From assembly GCA_034678725.1 (NCBI GenBank), contig JAXDBM010000045.1, positions 6,321 through 70,320 of the forward strand: DNA of 64,000 bases. The letters run 5' to 3'. The notes beneath the pieces are model-generated. The model made no database searches. It was given only the letters and a program-made list of their open reading frames with translations, and had not been told where the DNA came from. This DNA comes from Syntrophales bacterium (lineage in GTDB: Bacteria > Desulfobacterota > Syntrophia > Syntrophales > Fen-1087). Position numbers and translations under genes: made by a program. The first letter of the stretch is position 1. Every line of letters begins with the position of its first letter. Shown one piece after another: positions 58,271 to 64,000 of the stretch.

Positions 58271-60030
58271 ATCCGGACCGAATCCGAACGGCCTTCATTT
58301 TGGGGGCCGGTCTGGGCAAACGCCTTCGGCCCCTTACGGAAAACTGCCCGAAGCCCCTTCTGCCGGTGGCGGGCCGCCCCATGATCACCTATGCCATGGA
58401 TCACCTCATCACCGTGGGCATCGAGCGCTTCATCGTCAACACCCATCACTGCCCCGACGCCTACGCCCGGGCATTTCCGGACTGCCGCTGGCGGGGCGTC
58501 CCGATCGTCTTCCGCCATGAGCCGGTGCTCCTGGACACGGCCGGCGGGCTCAAGAACATCGAGGACCTTCTCGATGGCGAAGAGGCGATCCTGGTTTACA
58601 ACGGCGACATCGTGACGGACCTGCCGTTGAGCCGGCTCCTGGCGGCCCATGCCGGACAGGGCCGGGAAGTGACGCTCGCCCTGCGCAGCGACGGTCCGAT
58701 TCCGAATGTCGATCTGGATGCCGGCGGGTTCGTCTGCGACATGCGCCGCATCCTTGGCCGTCCCGGCGTCCGGAGCTGCCAGTTCACAGGCATCTACGCC
58801 GTGGAAAGGCGCTTCCTCAACCGCCTGCAACCGGGCCGCATCGAATCGGTCGTCCCGGTCTTTGCCGGTATGATTCGGGAAAAGCCCGGCTCCGTGGGCG
58901 CGGTCGTCATCGATGAAGGCTTCTGGAATGACATCGGCCAACCCGATGCGTACGAAAAAATCTGCCGGACGTTCATCCCGGGGTGGCAGCCGGGAGCCCG
59001 AACCGGGAAGTCAGGCGAAGTCGGCGCCTTTGTCCGGCATGCGCTGAAACTGGCCGAAAGCGATCCCGTCCGGCTGAATCCGCTTTCCCGGGGCGGGTCG
59101 AATCGCTCCTACTGGCGCATCCGCTACGGCGGCGACCGCAGCGCCGTGCTCATGCGGTATCAGAGCGAACCCGCGGAGAACGGCCTGCACGCGGCAATCG
59201 CCTCGTTCCTGCAGGGCATCGGAGTTACGGTCCCCCGCATCATTCAACATGATGCGGTCCGCCGGTTCATCGTCATGGAAGACCTGGGAGACCGGGATCT
59301 CTGGTCTTTGCGGGATCAATCCTGGGCTGTCCGCAGGATCTGCTACCGGAAAGCGCTCATTCTCGTTCACAAACTGCACGGCTTTCCGCCGGCGGATTTC
59401 CCGTCGCAGGCCGTTCCCCTGATGGAACCTTTCGGGCCGGACCTGTACCGGTGGGAACGGGATTATTTCCAGGATCATTTCGTGCGGGCCCTCTGCGGTC
59501 TGGACATTGGCCGTCAGGCTGCGGCCGAGCTCGAAGCCGAGCTTTCCCGCCTCGCAGAGCGGCTCGAAGAGACCGGCCCTGTGTTGATCCATCGCGATTT
59601 CCAGTCTCAGAACATCATGATCCGGGGCGGCGAGCCGGTCCTGATCGACTTTCAGGGGATGCGGTTCGGCAGCTTTTTCTACGACCTGGGGGCGCTCCTC
59701 TACGACCCCTATGTCTCCTTCACGGAGAGTGAGCGCCTGGCGCTGCTGCGGGATCATTATGAGCGGCATGGGGCGGGACTGGACTGGCCGGAGTATGAGG
59801 AACGGTTTCGGGAGGCCTCGGCGCAGCGACTCATGCAGGCCCTTGGCGCTTACGGGTTTTTGGGGCTGAAGCGGGGCCGCCGGGACTTTCTTGCCCATGT
59901 GGGAAACGGTCTGGCGAATCTGATTGATGCAAGCACCCGGGCGAAGAATCTCCCGGCGCTGAGGAATCTTGCCCGGAAATGCCGCGAGGCACTTGGCCGT
60001 GAAGATGGCCGGCTCCAAATGAACCATTAA
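58267..60030 (+). CDS. Fusion of a MurU-like sugar-1-phosphate nucleotidyltransferase and an AmgK-like anomeric sugar kinase (APH fold)
   Basis: N-terminal AFILGAGLGKRLRPLT...PKPLLPV...NGDIVTD. C-terminal GGSNRSYWRI, HRDFQSQNIM, and IDFQGMRFGSFFYDL. The TTG start at 58267 overlaps the ampG stop, and the upstream part of the track ORF lies inside ampG. Confidence 0.7.
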   Translation: MNPDRIRTAFILGAGLGKRLRPLTENCPKPLLPVAGRPMITYAMDHLITVGIERFIVNTHHCPDAYARAFPDCRWRGVPIVFRHEPVLLDTAGGLKNIEDLLDGEEAILVYNGDIVTDLPLSRLLAAHAGQGREVTLALRSDGPIPNVDLDAGGFVCDMRRILGRPGVRSCQFTGIYAVERRFLNRLQPGRIESVVPVFAGMIREKPGSVGAVVIDEGFWNDIGQPDAYEKICRTFIPGWQPGARTGKSGEVGAFVRHALKLAESDPVRLNPLSRGGSNRSYWRIRYGGDRSAVLMRYQSEPAENGLHAAIASFLQGIGVTVPRIIQHDAVRRFIVMEDLGDRDLWSLRDQSWAVRRICYRKALILVHKLHGFPPADFPSQAVPLMEPFGPDLYRWERDYFQDHFVRALCGLDIGRQAAAELEAELSRLAERLEETGPVLIHRDFQSQNIMIRGGEPVLIDFQGMRFGSFFYDLGALLYDPYVSFTESERLALLRDHYERHGAGLDWPEYEERFREASAQRLMQALGAYGFLGLKRGRRDFLAHVGNGLANLIDASTRAKNLPALRNLARKCREALGREDGRLQMNH

Positions 60031-60122
60031 CGGATTGACATGGCCCGGCCGATGAATGTAAGAAAGCCCGTAATGCGGCCGGCGCCGTAAAATTCCCTTG
60101 CTTCCATCCGGAGAATCGCTCA

Positions 60123-61103
60123 ATGCTGCGTTCCGTCATCGCCTCCACGGGCAGCTACCTGCCTGAAAGGGTCATTCGAAACGAGGATCTGACACAGTTC
60201 CCCGCCGATGCCATTCCGATGATCGGCGAGAAAACGGGCGTTTTCGCCCGGCGGTTCGCCGGCGAGGGGGAATGCACATCCGACCTGGCTTCCCGCGCTG
60301 CGTGCGCTTGCCTGGACGGCATTTCCTTCCCTGCGGAGCAGGTTGAGGCCATCGTCCTTTCCACGTCGTCCCCGGACCGCATGCAGCCGGCAACGGCGAC
60401 GCGGGTGCAGCATCTGATCGGGGCGGCAAGGGCCTTCGCGTTTGACATCAATTCCGTCTGCTCCGGCAGCGTCTACGGCATTGCCCTGGCGGACGCCCTG
60501 ATCCGTTCGAAGCGCTGCCGCAACGTTCTGCTGATCGCATCGGAAGTGTATTCGAAAATCATGAATCCGAAGGACTTTTCCACCTACCCCTTTTTCGGGG
60601 ACGGTTCCGGCGCCGTCCTCTTTCAGGCCGGCCGGGACGCGTCACGGGGGGTGCTGCATTCCAGCCTGAGATCGGACGGCAGCGGTTGTGACCTGATCGG
60701 CGTCAAGGCCGGGGGGACCATGCTGCCCTATGAGAAAATCACGAATTTCCGGCAGGCCCTGTTCAGCATGCGGGGGATCGAGGTCTTCAACTTCGCTGTC
60801 GATCGGGGGGCGGAGATCATCGTGCAGACGGCGGAAGAAGCCGGAGTGCCCCTTCGGGAGATTCGCTGCTTCGCCTGTCACCAGGCCAATGCCAACATCA
60901 TTCGGCGGATCTCGAAAAAGCTGGCCCTGCCGGCCGATCTCTTCTTCGGGAATCTGCACCGGTACGGAAATACGGCCAGTGCCTCCGTTCTGATCAGCCT
61001 GGATGAGGTCCTTTCCGAAGGCATTGTCTCCAAAGGGGATCTGGTCATGACCCTCGCCTTCGGCGGGGGGCTGTCCTGGGGTGCGAACCTGATCCGGATA
61101 TAA
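60123..61103 (+). CDS. 3-oxoacyl-ACP synthase III (FabH-like KAS III)
   Basis: STGSYLPERVIRNEDL. The Cys-His-Asn triad is present (NSVCSG, CHQAN, GNTASAS). Confidence 0.85.
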   Translation: MLRSVIASTGSYLPERVIRNEDLTQFPADAIPMIGEKTGVFARRFAGEGECTSDLASRAACACLDGISFPAEQVEAIVLSTSSPDRMQPATATRVQHLIGAARAFAFDINSVCSGSVYGIALADALIRSKRCRNVLLIASEVYSKIMNPKDFSTYPFFGDGSGAVLFQAGRDASRGVLHSSLRSDGSGCDLIGVKAGGTMLPYEKITNFRQALFSMRGIEVFNFAVDRGAEIIVQTAEEAGVPLREIRCFACHQANANIIRRISKKLALPADLFFGNLHRYGNTASASVLISLDEVLSEGIVSKGDLVMTLAFGGGLSWGANLIRI

Positions 61104-61126
61104 CCGTGACTGTGAAGGAGCGGCGC

Positions 61127-61390
61127 ATGAGCGCGACACTGAAAAAAATACGGGAGATTCTCCTGGAAAATTTCCCCGAAATCGGCGACCTGGAGATCGG
61201 CGCGGAGACCCGGCTGGGCATGATCCCGGGCTGGGATTCCATGGTTGCCGTCAATCTGCAGATGTTTCTGGACGAATTCTTTCATGTCGTCGTGATTCTG
61301 GATCTTCTGAATGAGGAAACCACCCTGGCTGATCTGGCCGGCTACATCGAGAATCCGGGCGCGATGGCCCGGGCCGCCGCAAAGCTTTGA
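61127..61390 (+). CDS. Acyl carrier protein-like (phosphopantetheine attachment GWDSM)
   Basis: 87 aa with the Ser motif GWDSMVAVNL. GAAGGAG RBS. Confidence 0.7.
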   Translation: MSATLKKIREILLENFPEIGDLEIGAETRLGMIPGWDSMVAVNLQMFLDEFFHVVVILDLLNEETTLADLAGYIENPGAMARAAAKL

Positions 61391-61459
61391 GGGGACGCGT
61401 CGTGGCGCCGATGCATCGGGACGGCGGGTCGGAAAGGCGGGTGCGGAACCGTGCGTAAG

Positions 61460-62932
61460 ATGACCGTTGCCTCCTTTTTCCGCGATCCATCCGCTTGCGA
61501 TCGCACACTCCCCCCTTTTCTCCGGTGCCCCCTGGTGGATTGCGCGATTGTCGTTCATCGCGGCGCCTGCAGGATCTCCCGGCCTGGATGCGCGGGATTC
61601 CGGACGGCGTCTTTCACATCGGGCCGGACGCTCGCGGGGATTCTGGAGAGGACCGGCACGCCTTACCTGCTGATGATCCGGCCGGAGCAGGAGGTCCTGC
61701 CGGGTCCTTTCGCGTTGGAGCGCATGGTTGATGCGATGGAGGCGACGGGAGCCGGAATGGTTTTCGCGGATTTTTATGAGCGGGAAAAGGCGGGGAGGGA
61801 CAGCCGGCTTCGGGAACACCCGGTCAACGACTACCAGCCGGGAAGCCTTCGGGAGGATTTTGATTTCGGCCCGCTCATGCTGTTTTCCGTTGCCGCAATC
61901 CGCCGGGCCCTGAAAAAATACGGTCCGCCGCCGGAATCCGGGTGTGCCGGCCTCTATGATCTGCGGCTGAAGGTTTCCACGGACCGATCCCTGTTTCACC
62001 TGCCGGAGTTTCTCGCGACGCAGACGGCTGGCGGCAGGCCGGGGAGCGGGGAGAAGCAGTTCGACTATCAGGACCCCCGCAACCGGTCCGAGCAGCGGGC
62101 CATGGAGAGGGCGGCCACGCGGCACCTTCAGCGGATGGGGGCCTGGCTGCCGCCGGTCTTCAGGAAGGTGCCCGGCTTCGGGACGCGCTTCCCCGGGGAG
62201 GCGAGCGTCGTCATTCCCGTGCGCAACCGGGTGCGGACGGTGGCGGGGGCGGTCATGAGCGCCCTGTCGCAGAAGACCGAATTTCCCTTCAACGTCATCG
62301 TCGTGGACAATCATTCCACAGACGGCACCACGCCGCTCCTGGCGCGAATGGCGCGGAAGGATGACCGGATCGTCCATCTGATCCCGTCGCGTCCGGACCT
62401 GCACATCGGCGGATGCTGGAACGAGGCGATTTTTTCCCCGTCCTGCGGTCGCTACGCCGTCCAGCTCGACTCCGACGACCTCTACAGCGGCCATGACACG
62501 CTGCAGAAAATCGTCGATCGGTTCCGCGGCGGGGATTTCGGAATGGTCATCGGCTCCTACACGCTGGTCAACGAACGTCTCGAGGAAATCGATCCGGGCC
62601 TGATCGATCACCGGGAGTGGACCGATGCCAACGGGCGGAACAATGCCCTGCGGATCAACGGGCTTGGCGCCCCGCGGGCGTTTGACACAGAGCTGGTCCG
62701 GCGCATCCGCTTTCCGAACGTCGGCTACGGGGAGGATTATGCCGTGGCCCTTCGCCTGTCCCGCGAATACCGGATCGGGAGGATCTATGAGAGTCTTTAC
62801 CTGTGCCGGCGCTGGAAAGGAAACACGGACGCGTCCCTTGACGTCGAAAAGACGAACCGGAACGACGCTTACAAGGACAGGCTCCGCACCCTGGAAATCC
62901 TGGCGCGCCGGCAGATCAACCGGCGTCGCTGA
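61460..62932 (+). CDS. Family 2 glycosyltransferase with an additional N-terminal GT-A-like domain
   Basis: The C-terminal half has VVIPVRNRVRTVAGAVMSALSQ...VIVVDNHSTDGT and QLDSDD. The N-terminal half has a degenerate GT-A pattern. Confidence 0.75.
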   Translation: MTVASFFRDPSACDRTLPPFLRCPLVDCAIVVHRGACRISRPGCAGFRTASFTSGRTLAGILERTGTPYLLMIRPEQEVLPGPFALERMVDAMEATGAGMVFADFYEREKAGRDSRLREHPVNDYQPGSLREDFDFGPLMLFSVAAIRRALKKYGPPPESGCAGLYDLRLKVSTDRSLFHLPEFLATQTAGGRPGSGEKQFDYQDPRNRSEQRAMERAATRHLQRMGAWLPPVFRKVPGFGTRFPGEASVVIPVRNRVRTVAGAVMSALSQKTEFPFNVIVVDNHSTDGTTPLLARMARKDDRIVHLIPSRPDLHIGGCWNEAIFSPSCGRYAVQLDSDDLYSGHDTLQKIVDRFRGGDFGMVIGSYTLVNERLEEIDPGLIDHREWTDANGRNNALRINGLGAPRAFDTELVRRIRFPNVGYGEDYAVALRLSREYRIGRIYESLYLCRRWKGNTDASLDVEKTNRNDAYKDRLRTLEILARRQINRRR

Positions 62933-62973
62933 ATCCGGCGGCATCGCCCCGCCGCTGATCCGGGAGACCGCAC

Positions 62974-64000
62974 ATGCCCGATCGGATTGACGCATCCTTT
63001 GACGGCGTCCGAAACGCGCCCGCGCTTGCCGAACTGTGTGCGGATCTCCTCGCGCGGCAGCGGGAATCCTGGCCCGCTCTTCGGGACGGCTATGCGGCGC
63101 TGGATGACGCCCGGATCCGGGAGATTGCGGCGGACGGGTACTCCGTGAAGCTGCAGTTCAACCCGCGCCGGATGGTCAGCAGCGGTGCGGCCGTCGATCC
63201 GGAGTCGATCCGCCGGCGGAAATGCTTCCTCTGTTCCGAGAACCTGCCGAAGGAGCAGATGAGGATCCTCTACCGCGGGGCCTATCTCATCCTCTGCAAT
63301 CCCGCACCCATTTTCCCCCGGCACTTCACCGTCGCCAGCCGGCGGCATCTTCCCCAGGCGATCGAAAGCGATCTGGCTGTCTTCCTGACGCTGGCCGAGG
63401 ATTTCGGGCCCGGCTGGTCGGTCTTCTACAATGGGCCCGGCTGCGGCGCCTCGGCGCCGGATCATCTGCATTTCCAGGCAGCGCCCGCGGGCATCATGCC
63501 GGTGGAGAATGAAATCGGCGAAGAGATCAACCGGATTCCGGTCGGCCGGGTCGGCGAGGCGGCGGTTCTGGCTTCGAACGGCCTGGGCCGTCCCTTGATT
63601 ATCGTGGAGGGAAGCGGGCAGAAGGGTGTCATGAGCGCCCTGCGGACGGTGGTTGCGGCGCTGCGGAACGGCCCCACGTCGCCGGATGAGCCCATGATGA
63701 ATGTCCTGTGCTCCCATAACGGCGCGCAGTGGCGGGTCCTGTTGTTTCCGCGGCGCCGTCATCGTCCCGAGGCCTATTACCGGGACGGCGACGATCGCGT
63801 CCTGATCAGCCCCGGCGCAGTGGACATGGCGGGGCTGATCGTCACTGTCGTGGAGAAGGATTTTCACGCCGTCGGCGCCGAACAGGTCGAGCGCATCTTT
63901 CGGGAGGTCTCGATGCACGGAGCCCGGTTCGACGGTCTCGTGTCTGCCCTGCCGGACCGGCTGCGCCAGCAGGCGGGCGCCGAAGCCGCCGCTTCCGAGG
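62974..64000 (+). CDS. HIT/GalT-superfamily nucleotide-sugar phosphorylase-like protein (DUF4922-like), 3' end beyond the window
   Basis: My own translation from ATG 62974 stays open to the window end, so it is absent from the ORF track. It contains PDHLHFQAAP (H-x-H-x-Q) and CFLC. Confidence 0.55.
   Translation, partial: MPDRIDASFDGVRNAPALAELCADLLARQRESWPALRDGYAALDDARIREIAADGYSVKLQFNPRRMVSSGAAVDPESIRRRKCFLCSENLPKEQMRILYRGAYLILCNPAPIFPRHFTVASRRHLPQAIESDLAVFLTLAEDFGPGWSVFYNGPGCGASAPDHLHFQAAPAGIMPVENEIGEEINRIPVGRVGEAAVLASNGLGRPLIIVEGSGQKGVMSALRTVVAALRNGPTSPDEPMMNVLCSHNGAQWRVLLFPRRRHRPEAYYRDGDDRVLISPGAVDMAGLIVTVVEKDFHAVGAEQVERIFREVSMHGARFDGLVSALPDRLRQQAGAEAAASE

Noticed and set aside
60878-62995. 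705-aa minus-strand ORF across the ACP/GT2 region
   Set aside because: It is antisense to recognisable FabH, ACP and GT2 genes. Its composition is Arg/Pro/Gly-rich with no motifs. It is a shadow ORF.
1-64000. Search by eye for tRNA, rRNA, CRISPR arrays, IS elements, integrases and long repeats
   Set aside because: I found no T-arm GGTTCGA-type motifs in intergenic gaps, no regularly spaced repeats, and no transposase or integrase-like translations. A computational scan (tRNAscan-SE, Infernal, MinCED, ISEScan) would be needed to be certain.

Overview
This is a 64-kb, gene-dense, high-GC chromosomal segment with about 60 protein genes. By eye GC is above 60%, broken by a few short AT-rich intergenic islands. 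The gene content points to a strictly anaerobic Desulfobacterota/Deltaproteobacteria-type organism. Supporting genes are a flavodiiron protein-rubredoxin-rubrerythrin operon, an Hrb-type flavin-reductase/rubredoxin fusion, an ADP-forming acyl-CoA synthetase and two radical-SAM enzymes. Most of the window is housekeeping: carD-PIN/TRAM-ispD-ispF-gltX, pgk, truA, mutL-miaA, valS, nadC-birA-coaX, pcm-nlpD, copZA and mobA. I saw no rRNA, tRNA, CRISPR array, transposase/integrase or phage genes. All product calls come from motif and family recognition in the supplied translations, since no searches could be run. Many track ORFs carry spurious N-terminal extensions, so I re-set starts where an internal ATG plus RBS and the family N-terminus agree. 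The points most worth follow-up are listed here. (1) 31406-33034 encodes a cofactor-independent phosphoglycerate-mutase homologue whose two halves are in swapped order, an apparent clean circular permutation. It shares an operon with a macro-domain protein and a flavin-reductase/rubredoxin fusion. (2) 2591-6077 is a STAS / RsbW-like kinase / PP2C partner-switching operon with no sigma factor and a GNAT-like enzyme in the output position. (3) 55538-64000 has a peptidoglycan-salvage-like locus (SpoIID/LytB, AmpG, fused MurU-AmgK) abutting a KAS-III / ACP / GT2 / HIT-like phosphorylase cluster that runs off the window. (4) 24986-25773 encodes an exported superoxide-reductase-like protein with one Fe-ligand His replaced, next to a 4-TM His-rich cytochrome-b-like membrane protein. 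(5) There are two promoter-plus-structured-leader candidates, at 12851-13044 on the minus strand and 33103-33343 on the plus strand. (6) A 52-aa rubredoxin gene at 20680-20838 falls below the ORF-track cutoff.
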